This document shows, piece after piece, positions 50,754 through 59,799 of a DNA stretch of 64,000 nt (position 1 is its first letter; the number at the start of each line of letters is the position of its first letter). The DNA lies in assembly GCA_036986275.1 (NCBI GenBank), contig BTRG01000001.1, forward strand, positions 27,042-91,041. The letters run 5' to 3'. The notes beneath the pieces are model-generated. The model had not been told where the DNA came from, ran no database searches, and saw only the letters and a list, made by a program, of their open reading frames with translations. This DNA comes from Gammaproteobacteria bacterium. GTDB lineage: Bacteria > Pseudomonadota > Gammaproteobacteria > Acidiferrobacterales > SZUA-150. The translations under genes and the position numbers were made by a program.

Positions 50754-51000
50754 ATAGGCGAGTGTCTCTGAAGAGAGAACGAAGACGATAATGGTGATGT
50801 CACAAAGATCAATCCGTGCCTGAAAAGGCTAACTATAAAATGTCATGGCCATCTATGTGACCTTGTTGTCTCTATAAATTTTTCATGGGCACACATTTAT
50901 AAAGATAGCTGGCCAAGAACATTGATACCTGCCCCATGTGGCCAGCGCCCAGGTAAACCATGGAAAGATGTAGACGGTATGTTATTGAAACAGGGAGAAA

Positions 51001-51077
51001 TGGCGCGCCCGACAGGATTCGAACCTGTGACCACCGCCTTCGGAGGGCGGTACTCTATCCAGCTGAGCTACGGGCGC
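51001..51077 (-). tRNA. tRNA-Arg (anticodon CCG)
   Basis: GCGCCCGTAGCTCAGCTGGATAGAGTACCGCCCTCCGAAGGCGGTGGTCACAGGTTCGAATCCTGTCGGGCGCGCCA folds as a cloverleaf with CCA. Confidence 0.97.
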
Positions 51078-51326
51078 TAGTGTGTTTTCTGGGTTAAAGA
51101 ATTCGTATTTATGGTCGAAGCCTTTAAATATTAAAGGTTTTTTCTCGTAATCTTGGTTGTGAACCGGGCAAGCATAACCGTCGATGCCGGTGGCGTCCAT
51201 GCCCGAATGGGTAGCTTCCTTCGGTGTAATATTAGGGTATACTCACGCACCATTTTTCAGGCCCGTGCCTTGTGAACCAGGGTGTCGGGGATCGTTTTTA
51301 TTTTAATGAAGAGGAAGGATAGAAAC

Positions 51327-51800
51327 ATGAGTGATATGAGTGATCGTGATTTTACCCGTAGTTTCACTTACATGCTGGTGGCGATGGCAGCCCTGACAGT
51401 AGTGATCTACGTTATTGCCAATAGCATAGGCGGCAAGCCCGAGAAGACCGCCGCTGTTGACAAAGATGTTGTTGCCCGCATCGCGCCCGTTGGCCAAGTG
51501 TCTATCATGGGCTCCGTTCTGAATGCCGTGATTCCTGCCGCCCAGGCGGCTGATGGTAAGGCTACATTCAACGCAAGCTGTGCCGCCTGTCACGCAACCG
51601 GTGTTGCCGGTGCACCCAAGGTGGGTGATAAGGCTAACTGGAAGGCCCGCATCGCACAGGGTAACAAGACTTTATACAGTCATGCTATCAAGGGTTATCA
51701 GGGCAAGAAGGGCTTCATGCCTGCCAAGGGCGGTAACGCCAGCTTGTCCGATGCCGCGGTAAAGGCCGCGGTCGACCACATGGTGGCTGGCTCCAAATAA
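51327..51800 (+). CDS. Cytochrome c5
   Basis: N-terminal TM, RIAPVG, CAACH, GAPKVGD, MPAKGG. Confidence 0.92.
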   Translation: MSDMSDRDFTRSFTYMLVAMAALTVVIYVIANSIGGKPEKTAAVDKDVVARIAPVGQVSIMGSVLNAVIPAAQAADGKATFNASCAACHATGVAGAPKVGDKANWKARIAQGNKTLYSHAIKGYQGKKGFMPAKGGNASLSDAAVKAAVDHMVAGSK

Positions 51801-51850
51801 GCCAAACCATTTGGTTTGATTGCGCTGGTTCGACCGACTGGTTTGACTAC

Positions 51851-51880
51851 AAACGGCCCCTGGTTCAGGGGCCGTTTTTT
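51851..51880. terminator. Intrinsic terminator between convergent genes
   Basis: AAACGGCCCCTG-GTT-CAGGGGCCGTTTTTT. Confidence 0.85.
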
Positions 51881-51889
51881 TATGCGGGA

Positions 51890-53428
51890 TCAGGATATAT
51901 TGGAGACGGCGTATTGATGTGTAGTCTGGCGATCAAGCGTACGGTATTGCACGGCTTCGGCAATATGTTCGGCCGACAGGCCACTACTACCCGCCAGGTC
52001 GGCAATAGTGCGCGCGACCTTGAGTATGCGATGGTAGGCTCGGGCGCTAAGTCCCAACCTGACCATGGCCTGATCCAGAATGGCGCGGGATTCATCATCC
52101 AGTGCGCAGTATTCTTCCAGTTCTTTCTGGCTCAGGCCCTGGTTGGTTTTTTGCTGGCGTTGATATTGGATGTTGCGTGCAGCCAGTACCCGTCCCCTTA
52201 CCGAGGCGCTGGATTCACCTGCCGGTAGCCTGGGGTTGAGCAAGGTATTGTGGCTCAGGGCCGGTACATCAACATGTAAATCAATTCGGTCCAGCAAGGG
52301 CCCGGAAATACGGCCGCGGTATCGTTGCACCTGGTCGGTTGTGCAGTGACAGCGGCCGGAGGGGTCGCCCAGGTGACCACAGGGGCAGGGATTCATGGCG
52401 GCGATGAGTTGAAAGCGGGCCGGGAAATCTGCCTGTCGGGCGGCGCGGGAAATGGTGATTCGTCCTGACTCCAGGGGTTCGCGCAGGACTTCCAGTACAC
52501 GTCTATCGAATTCCGGCAGTTCGTCGAGAAACAACACACCATTATGAGCCAGTGATATCTCACCCGGTCTCGGCGTACTCCCACCCCCCACCAGGGCCAC
52601 ACCCGAGGCAGTATGATGCGGTGCCCGAAATGGACGTTTCCGCCATAGACTGACATCAAAGCGTTGCTCACTGATGGAAAGAATGGAGGCCGTTTCCAGT
52701 GCCGCATCCTTATCCATATCCGGCAGGATGCCCGGCAGCCGTGTGGCCAGCATGGTCTTGCCAGACCCCGGTGGACCAATAAAAAGCAGGCTATGGCCAC
52801 CGGCCGCGGCAATTTCCAGCGCACGTTTCGCCTGGTGTTGGCCGCGTACATCGGTGAGATCGTCATAGTCGCTGTGCTGTGGCGATATCTCGGGGGCCTT
52901 GAGTCCGGGCAGCATGGCCGTCCCGTTGAGATGACCGACGACCTCCAGCAAGTGTGAGGCCGCAACCAGTGTTTCGGTGTCGGCCAGCGCGGCCTCTTCG
53001 GCGCAGTTGGCCGGTAAAATCAAAATGCGCCCTGTCTTGCAGGTGTGCAGGGCGGCAACCAGACTGCCGCGCACCGCGCGAATTTCTCCAGTGAGCGCGA
53101 GCTCACCGATAAGTTCATGGCGCTCTACCGTATCCCGTGATAGTTGGCCGCTGGCCACCAGGATGCCGATGGCAATAGGCAAATCAAAGCGTCCACCTTC
53201 TTTGGGTAAGTCCGCGGGCGCGAGGTTGATGGTGATGCGCCTGGCGGGGAATTCGAAACCGGCATTGATCAGTGCGCTGCGTACCCGGTCTTTGCTTTCG
53301 CGTACGGCGGCCTCCGGCAGGCCGACAATTGAAAGTGCCGGCAAGCCATTGGTTAAATGGGTCTCAACGGTGACCAGGGGTGCCGCCACGCCCGTGAGCG
53401 CGCGGCTGTAGACAACGGCAAGTGACAT
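51890..53428 (-). CDS. comM: YifB/ComM Mg-chelatase-like AAA+ ATPase
   Basis: VGLPEAAVRESKDRVRSA, GPPGSGKT, PGEISLAHNGVLFLDE, AMNPCPCG. Confidence 0.93.
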   Translation of the reverse strand: MSLAVVYSRALTGVAAPLVTVETHLTNGLPALSIVGLPEAAVRESKDRVRSALINAGFEFPARRITINLAPADLPKEGGRFDLPIAIGILVASGQLSRDTVERHELIGELALTGEIRAVRGSLVAALHTCKTGRILILPANCAEEAALADTETLVAASHLLEVVGHLNGTAMLPGLKAPEISPQHSDYDDLTDVRGQHQAKRALEIAAAGGHSLLFIGPPGSGKTMLATRLPGILPDMDKDAALETASILSISEQRFDVSLWRKRPFRAPHHTASGVALVGGGSTPRPGEISLAHNGVLFLDELPEFDRRVLEVLREPLESGRITISRAARQADFPARFQLIAAMNPCPCGHLGDPSGRCHCTTDQVQRYRGRISGPLLDRIDLHVDVPALSHNTLLNPRLPAGESSASVRGRVLAARNIQYQRQQKTNQGLSQKELEEYCALDDESRAILDQAMVRLGLSARAYHRILKVARTIADLAGSSGLSAEHIAEAVQYRTLDRQTTHQYAVSNIS

Positions 53429-53458
53429 GAATTCCTTCCGTGGATATTCGTGAATAGT

Positions 53459-53698
53459 TTATTGCGACAGTTTTTGTTCCAGTTTCGTGACGGTCTTTTC
53501 CAGCGCCTCAATTTTTTCGCGCGTGCGCTGTAATAAGGCCTTTTGGATCTCCAACTCCTCCCGCGTAACCAGGCCCATGCGGTCCAATTGGGCCTGTAGC
53601 ACCTGACGAAGATTTTTTTCTATGTCCCGTGTAATCCCCGCCGGAAAGGCCGCTGACAGGGCACGTGTGATTTCATCTATGAATTGGGGTCTGTTCAT
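53459..53698 (-). CDS. ubiK: Ubiquinone accessory factor UbiK (YqiC/BMFP family)
   Basis: LVTREELEIQKALLQRTREKIEALE; usual location between comM and glnK. Confidence 0.8.
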   Translation of the reverse strand: MNRPQFIDEITRALSAAFPAGITRDIEKNLRQVLQAQLDRMGLVTREELEIQKALLQRTREKIEALEKTVTKLEQKLSQ

Positions 53699-53857
53699 CG
53701 CCTGATGCTACCGTTTATCTTTTGTTGCCAGCCGTATAGTCCAATCATACCGCATTCATGGCCATAGTGATTTCCTTGTGTGGGCGGAATCCGTACAATG
53801 CGCACTGTTTTGGTTCACGGAAACTTTTCACGCCACATGGTCCGGGAGAAAGCGCAG

Positions 53858-54580
53858 GTGAAAGCCAATACCCCAGTTTGCTGCATATTATTAATGGCTT
53901 TGTCGATGGCGCCCATGGCGGCGCTGGCCACCGACAGTCTGAAGTCAGAAGTGGCTTTGGTCTCGGATTATGTCTTTCGGGGCATATCCCAAAGCAATAA
54001 CAAGGCGGCCCTGCAAGGCGGCGCTGAGTATCAGCACAGTCTGGGATTCTATGCCGGCGCCTGGGGTTCAATGGTGGATACCGAACCATTTAATGCGCCG
54101 GATGACGGTTCATTTATCGAGGTGGACCTGTATGGTGGATTTAGTTCCGAGATTAAAGCCATTGATCTGGGCTGGGATGTGGGCGTCATTTCCTATCAAT
54201 ACAACGACAGCGATGACACTTATAACGAAGTCTATGGCAGCGTCAGTTTCGATCCCTGGCGCGATCACCTGACAGTGGTGGGCAAGGTGTCCTATGACTG
54301 GGACAACAATGTCACCACGGCCGAGGCGCTGGCCACGCTGGATCTGGGCCGGGACATCCACCTTAATTTTCACCCGGGACAGGTGCGCTATGATGAAACC
54401 GCAGCCGAAGATTACTTCTTTGCCGAGGCGGGTGTCGGCACCCGTTTTGACTTCTCCCGCTATATCAAAACCCTGGATGTCGATATCAATTATTCGGACA
54501 CCGATCTCGATCAGGATATTGATGGCAACTCCGGTATCACACATAAAATCTGGTGGTTGGGGTTGAAGGCGCATTTTTAA
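53858..54580 (+). CDS. TorF-family putative outer-membrane porin
   Basis: Signal peptide, SDYVFRGISQS...ALQGG, GFYAGAWGS, EVDLYGG, terminal Phe; start uncertain. Confidence 0.82.
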   Translation: MKANTPVCCILLMALSMAPMAALATDSLKSEVALVSDYVFRGISQSNNKAALQGGAEYQHSLGFYAGAWGSMVDTEPFNAPDDGSFIEVDLYGGFSSEIKAIDLGWDVGVISYQYNDSDDTYNEVYGSVSFDPWRDHLTVVGKVSYDWDNNVTTAEALATLDLGRDIHLNFHPGQVRYDETAAEDYFFAEAGVGTRFDFSRYIKTLDVDINYSDTDLDQDIDGNSGITHKIWWLGLKAHF

Positions 54581-54684
54581 AGAAAAATGAAAATCGCATC
54601 GTCATTTTTCGGTTTTAGAAAACTTCCTGGATGGGCTGCCAGAGTTTCCTGAATGCATTAATTTAGGAAACCCCTGACTGCGGT

Positions 54685-54715
54685 AGGCGTGGCCGAATCC
54701 GGGCATGCCTTTTTT
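54685..54715 (+). terminator. Probable intrinsic terminator
   Basis: AGGCGTGGCCG-AATC-CGGGCATGCCT followed by a T run. Confidence 0.55.
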
Positions 54716-54738
54716 ATGTCCATAGATCCTTTCCTATT

Positions 54739-54808
54739 TGCACAAAATAAGTGCATGCACGGCTTTGGTGCTCACCATTGTGGTGCATAGCTGCGCCAAA
54801 ATGGGGAC
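54739..54808. promoter_or_regulatory. NtrC-type enhancer sites
   Basis: TGCACAAAATAAGTGCA (54739-55), TGCACGGCTTTGGTGCT (54756-72), CTCACCATTGTGGTGCA (54771-87), weaker TGCGCCAAAATGGGGAC; match TGCAC-N7-GTGCA upstream of a sigma54 site. Confidence 0.75.
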
Positions 54809-54849
54809 GACTATTATCTAATTGTTTGTTTCTTAAGACTAAAAGATGT

Positions 54850-54865
54850 TGGCACAGGAACTGCT
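54850..54865 (+). promoter_or_regulatory. Sigma54 (-24/-12) promoter of torF-glnK-amtB
   Basis: TGGCAC-AGGAA-CTGCT with correct GG-N10-GC spacing. Confidence 0.8.
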
Positions 54866-54944
54866 ACGAAAGCCGTCACGCAGGCCCCTTAGGCTTGTGG
54901 ACACGATTACTTCACCACAAACGAAACCAATCGGGAGAGAAACA

Positions 54945-55694
54945 ATGAAAACCATAAAGAAACTAGGAGGCGCAGTGGCCCTGGCTGCGACCATGGGTGT
55001 GACGCCGGTCGCCATGGCCGATTTGTCCGCCAATGCCGCGGCCACCAGTAACTATGTCTGGCGCGGTACTACACAAACCAACAACGGCGCCGCGGTATCC
55101 GGGGGTATTGATTACAGCGCACCCTTCGGCGTTTATGCGGGCACCTGGGTCTCAAATACTACTTTGGTTGGCTCTAAAGGGAATGTTTCACAAGAGCTAG
55201 ATCTCTATGCTGGATGGACTCACGAGTTTGGTCCTGTTGGTTTTGATGTCGGTGTTATCCGATACGGGTATCCGCAAAGCGAAGACATAGATTGGATCGA
55301 AGGTTATGTGGGTGCCAGCTTTAGTGCCGGCCCGGTAGACCTTTCCGCTCAGGTCAATGTGAGTAATGATGTTTTCGGCACCGATGAAAATGGGTTGTAT
55401 GTAGAGTTCTCCGCCGAAACAGAAGTAAAGGGTCTGACGCTGGCCGCGCACGTGGGCACATATGACTTTGAGTTTGGTGATAGTGATGAAGTATTGGCCG
55501 CGGGTGAAACCTATGCCGGTTATGACGATTACGTCGATTTCAGTATTAGTGTCAGCAAGGATGAATTCACGTTTGCCTTATCGAACACAACCCTGAGTGG
55601 TAATGATACCGCCGGTAATCCTTTATTCGGTCTTGACGATGATCCAAAGATTTTCGTTACCTGGGCCTCGGAGTGGGATCTGCTGAAGAAATAA
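54945..55694 (+). CDS. TorF-family putative outer-membrane porin
   Basis: Signal peptide, SNYVWRGTTQT...AVSGGIDY, GVYAGTWVS, ELDLYAG. Confidence 0.85.
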   Translation: MKTIKKLGGAVALAATMGVTPVAMADLSANAAATSNYVWRGTTQTNNGAAVSGGIDYSAPFGVYAGTWVSNTTLVGSKGNVSQELDLYAGWTHEFGPVGFDVGVIRYGYPQSEDIDWIEGYVGASFSAGPVDLSAQVNVSNDVFGTDENGLYVEFSAETEVKGLTLAAHVGTYDFEFGDSDEVLAAGETYAGYDDYVDFSISVSKDEFTFALSNTTLSGNDTAGNPLFGLDDDPKIFVTWASEWDLLKK

Positions 55695-55731
55695 GCGCTT
55701 TACACAAATTAAATAATTAGGAGAGAGGCTG

Positions 55732-56070
55732 ATGAAATTAGTAACTGCAATCATCAAGCCCTTCAAGCTGGACGACGTACGTGATGCCCTGTCAGGAGTG
55801 GGTGTGCAGGGCATTACCGTCACCGAGGTCAAGGGCTTCGGGCGGCAGAAGGGTCATACCGAGCTATACAGGGGAGCAGAATACGTGGTCGACTTCCTGC
55901 CCAAGATAAAGGTTGAGGCAGCGATAGATGCGAATTTGCTTGATCAGGTGATCGAAGCGATCGTCGGTGCCGCTAAGACCGACAAGATCGGTGATGGCAA
56001 GATCTTTGTTGCCGATATCGAACAGGTCGTACGCATACGTACCGGCGAGACCGGCAAAGATGCACTGTAA
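55732..56070 (+). CDS. glnK: Nitrogen regulatory protein PII
   Basis: AIIKPFKLDDV, GFGRQKGHTELYRGAEY, IGDGKIFV; upstream of amtB. Confidence 0.96.
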   Translation: MKLVTAIIKPFKLDDVRDALSGVGVQGITVTEVKGFGRQKGHTELYRGAEYVVDFLPKIKVEAAIDANLLDQVIEAIVGAAKTDKIGDGKIFVADIEQVVRIRTGETGKDAL

Positions 56071-56102
56071 CCCCTTCAGACGCGAATTGCGGAGGAATTA
56101 TT

Positions 56103-57380
56103 GTGGAAGCTATTGAAGCTATTAATGGTATTAAAGAACTTAGCTACGCGTTGGACACCTTTTATTTCCTGGTAACCGGTGCGCTAGTGATGTGGATGGC
56201 AGCGGGTTTCGCCATGCTGGAAGCCGGATTGGTGCGCTCGAAAAATACTGCCGAAATTCTAACCAAGAATGTGGCCCTGTTTGCCATTGCTTGTATTATG
56301 TACATGATTGTCGGATACAACATCATGTATGGCGACTCATCCAGCAGTGTTATCCCGTCTATCAGTTTTCTGTTAGGTGCGGATAATGCCAAGGATGCAG
56401 TCTTGGCCACCGGTATGGATAAGTGGTATGACGGTAGCTATTATTCCAGCATGTCGGACTTCTTCTTCCAGATGGTATTCGTGGCCACGGCCATGTCTAT
56501 TGTTTCCGGTGCCGTGGCAGAGCGCATGAAGTTGTGGTCCTTCCTGGCATTTGCCGTTTTCATGACCGGTTTAATCTATCCGGTACAGGGTTACTGGAAG
56601 TGGGGCGGCGGCTTCCTGGATCAGGCCGGGTTTAACGACTTTGCCGGGTCCGGTATCGTGCATTTATGCGGGGCCACGGCGGCGCTGGCAGGCGTATTGC
56701 TGCTGGGCGCACGTAAAGGCAAATTCGGTCCCAAGGGCGAGGTGAATGCTATCCCTGGCGCCAACCTGCCTTTGGCAACACTGGGTACTTTTATCCTGTG
56801 GCTGGGTTGGTTTGGATTCAACGGCGGTTCAGAATTGATTCTGTCCAACATCGAAGAAGCCAATGCCGTGGCCTTGGTGTTTGTGAACACCAATATGGCC
56901 GCCGCCGGGGGTGTGGTTGCGGCATTGATTACCGCCCGCCTGCTGTTTGGCAAGGCCGATCTCACCATGGGTCTCAACGGCGCGCTGGCTGGACTGGTGT
57001 CGATTACCGCTGAACCCTTGACGCCCACGCCTCACCTGGCCACCATGATTGGTGCCATCGGTGGTGTACTGGTGGTGTTTTCCATTATCGGCCTGGACAA
57101 GCTCAAGATCGATGACCCGGTGGGTGCAATCTCGGTTCACGGCTCTGTCGGTATCTGGGGCCTGATCGCTGTTGTGCTGTCTAACGGTGACGCCACACTG
57201 GGGGCACAGTTACTGGGCGTCGGTTCGATTTTCGTCTGGACCTTCGTCGCCTCACTCATAGTCTGGTTCACCGTGAAAGCGATTATGGGCATACGTGTCA
57301 GCGAAGAAGAGGAATATGAGGGCGTGGACCTGGTCGAATGTGGTCTCGAGGCCTATCCTGAGTTTACGGCTGGTAAATAA
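56103..57380 (+). CDS. amtB: Ammonium transporter
   Basis: DFAGSGIVH, WFGFNGGS, IDDPVGAISVHG. Confidence 0.96.
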   Translation: MEAIEAINGIKELSYALDTFYFLVTGALVMWMAAGFAMLEAGLVRSKNTAEILTKNVALFAIACIMYMIVGYNIMYGDSSSSVIPSISFLLGADNAKDAVLATGMDKWYDGSYYSSMSDFFFQMVFVATAMSIVSGAVAERMKLWSFLAFAVFMTGLIYPVQGYWKWGGGFLDQAGFNDFAGSGIVHLCGATAALAGVLLLGARKGKFGPKGEVNAIPGANLPLATLGTFILWLGWFGFNGGSELILSNIEEANAVALVFVNTNMAAAGGVVAALITARLLFGKADLTMGLNGALAGLVSITAEPLTPTPHLATMIGAIGGVLVVFSIIGLDKLKIDDPVGAISVHGSVGIWGLIAVVLSNGDATLGAQLLGVGSIFVWTFVASLIVWFTVKAIMGIRVSEEEEYEGVDLVECGLEAYPEFTAGK

Positions 57381-57405
57381 ATCCTTTCAGTAAGTGGTAA
57401 CAATT

Positions 57406-57437
57406 ATGGGCATCCCGACGGGGTGCCCGTTTTTTTT
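57406..57437. terminator. Intrinsic terminator after amtB
   Basis: GGGCATCCC-GAC-GGGGTGCCC followed by a T run. Confidence 0.8.
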
Positions 57438-59799
57438 AATGGGCACTGGACCGCGGTTTATTCCCATGCCCTGCAACAGGGCCGTCGGCAAAGTTCATTT
57501 TAGGCGCGGTGAGTGTTGATGAGGGCTTGCCTATGTGGTGGCCCTGAACATAGTCCACGCCGATATCCGCGAGTATTTCCAGGATAGCCGGAGATTCAAC
57601 AAACTCCGCCACCGTGCTTAGCCCCAGCTCATGGGCTACCTGAACAATAGCCTTAACAAAAATCTGGTCTTCCCGACTGCAGTCGATATGACGTATGAAG
57701 CCGCCATCGATTTTAATCTGATCAACGGGCAGGTGTTTCAGGTATGAGAAGGAAGAAAAACCGACTCCAAAATCATCCAATGAAAAATGATAGCCCAGTT
57801 TTTTCATGCGTGACAGGAAGCTCTCGGCCTTGGCCATTTCTGCTATGGCCGAGGACTCAGTGATTTCAAAAATCAGCTGATTGGGCTTGATCATGCTGGC
57901 GATGACATGTTCCTGAAAGAACTCGAACAAACCGGGTGTATCCAGTGAACGCCCTGAGAGGTTGATGGCGATGGTGCAGTCTTTATTTTCAGGGCGCGAC
58001 AGACGCTTCAACACTTGTGTCAGCACCCATTTGTCAATGTCGCTGATTTGTCCCGTTTGTTCGGCCGTTTCAATAAATTCACTGGCGGTGTATTCTTTAC
58101 CTGTTATGTCAGTCAGGCGTATGAGGGCTTCGTAATGCATGCTGCATTCACGTGAGGCCAGCGGTACGATGGACTGGAAGTCCAGGCGCAGCCTGTTGTT
58201 CTCCAGTGCTTCATGTATCAGCGTCTGCCAGTTTATGCGGTCGCGCATATTATCCAGCAGGGTATCGCTTGCATGATACACATGGTAGCGATTCTGTCCG
58301 TGAGCCTTTGCCAGCGTGACAGCACTGTCGGCATGGGCCAGCAAGGTCTCACTGTCTTGACCGCCTTCCGGATACGAGCAAATGCCGACGCCGGCGAATA
58401 ATCTGATTGCCGTCTCACCCACAGCCAGTGGCGTGGTTTCGATGGCAGCCAATAAATCCTTGGCTACCTTGCGTCCGACTTCAGCCGTTGCGCCCCGCAA
58501 CAGGATGCCAAACTCATCGCCTCCCAATCGGGCCAGGATGGCGCTATTGCCGCAATGTGCTGAAAAGATATCGGCGACGATACGCAACAAGCCATCACCG
58601 GCCATATGGCCATGGGTATCGTTGATAAGCTTAAAGCCATCCAGATCGAAAAATAAGATCGTAAGGGGTGTGTTATTGCTGGAAGACAGAAGAATCTCAT
58701 TGTCCAGCGTATCAATAAATTTATGACGCCCTAAAAGTCCCGTCAGCGCATCGTATTCGGCCAGATATAACAGACGCGATTGGTCCTGTTTGCGGCGTGT
58801 AATGTCACGCGTGACCCCGCGATAACCCACGACCATGCCGTGGTCATCCTGTATAGGCGTGCCATTGGATTCAAAAATCACTTCACCACGGGTTTTGTGT
58901 TTAACGCGGTATTCCACCCCGTAGAAAGGTTTTCTTTCCTTGTTCAGCATTTCGAAGGTGGCACGCAAGCGCTGCGCATCTTCCGGGAGCATGATCTCGA
59001 AGGCCGAGGTACCTATGATTTGATGAGGTTCATAACCGGTAAGAATCGTGACCTTTTTGGAGACATATGTATAGCGACCGGCAGTATCGGTTTCCCATAA
59101 CCAGTCGCTGGTGTTGTCAGCCATATCGCGAAAACGACGGTTGCTTTGTTTGAGGGCTTCGAGGTTAGTCCGCAGCTTTTCAGTCATATCATTGAAGCTG
59201 CTGGCCAGATCACCTATCTCATCCCGGGAATTGACAGGCACCCTGACAGCATAATTCCCCGCCGCGACTTCTTCCGCTGCCTTGGCAACCTTGTTGATAT
59301 TACGGGTCAGGAACCAGCCCAGTGTGAAGGAGATCAGGGCAACCAGCATCACTTCCAGTGCCACGATATACACATTGGAACGGGTGGTTGTGGCCAGCGC
59401 TGCTTCAGCCTGTTGCCGGGTGAGTTCCAGGTCGATGGTACCGAAGAGGCTGCCGGCAACGGTAATGGCTTCTGAAGCACGTATGGGTTGTGTGTGTTGT
59501 GATTTTGTTCCCGCCGCCGCCAGTATCTTGCCGCTATGATCACTGATAGAGACATAGGTCATATTGTGCTTGTCGATGATACCCGTCAGTAGGTGCCGCA
59601 GCTGCGCAAGATCCAGCGCCAGCAAGGGCCCGGTTGCCGAAGCCGCTACCAGTTCCGCGGTCGCCCGGGCCTGGTTGGCCAGCTGGGTCTCGAGATTGTC
59701 GCGGGTATTACTGAGATTGCTGGCCAGCAATAATCCCAGCAAGGCAATTTCCGTTACGGCAATGAGCACAACGGCCTTGTAGCGCAATGACAGTCTCAT
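57436..59799 (-). CDS. Membrane HAMP-PAS-GGDEF-EAL protein
   Basis: Two TMs + HAMP, DWLWETD PAS, RLGGDEF, YEALIRL, DDFGVGFSS. Confidence 0.93.
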   Translation of the reverse strand: MRLSLRYKAVVLIAVTEIALLGLLLASNLSNTRDNLETQLANQARATAELVAASATGPLLALDLAQLRHLLTGIIDKHNMTYVSISDHSGKILAAAGTKSQHTQPIRASEAITVAGSLFGTIDLELTRQQAEAALATTTRSNVYIVALEVMLVALISFTLGWFLTRNINKVAKAAEEVAAGNYAVRVPVNSRDEIGDLASSFNDMTEKLRTNLEALKQSNRRFRDMADNTSDWLWETDTAGRYTYVSKKVTILTGYEPHQIIGTSAFEIMLPEDAQRLRATFEMLNKERKPFYGVEYRVKHKTRGEVIFESNGTPIQDDHGMVVGYRGVTRDITRRKQDQSRLLYLAEYDALTGLLGRHKFIDTLDNEILLSSSNNTPLTILFFDLDGFKLINDTHGHMAGDGLLRIVADIFSAHCGNSAILARLGGDEFGILLRGATAEVGRKVAKDLLAAIETTPLAVGETAIRLFAGVGICSYPEGGQDSETLLAHADSAVTLAKAHGQNRYHVYHASDTLLDNMRDRINWQTLIHEALENNRLRLDFQSIVPLASRECSMHYEALIRLTDITGKEYTASEFIETAEQTGQISDIDKWVLTQVLKRLSRPENKDCTIAINLSGRSLDTPGLFEFFQEHVIASMIKPNQLIFEITESSAIAEMAKAESFLSRMKKLGYHFSLDDFGVGFSSFSYLKHLPVDQIKIDGGFIRHIDCSREDQIFVKAIVQVAHELGLSTVAEFVESPAILEILADIGVDYVQGHHIGKPSSTLTAPKMNFADGPVAGHGNKPRSSAH

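Noticed and set aside
50982-51200. 72-aa minus-strand ORF
   Set aside because: Overlaps the tRNA-Arg gene on the same strand
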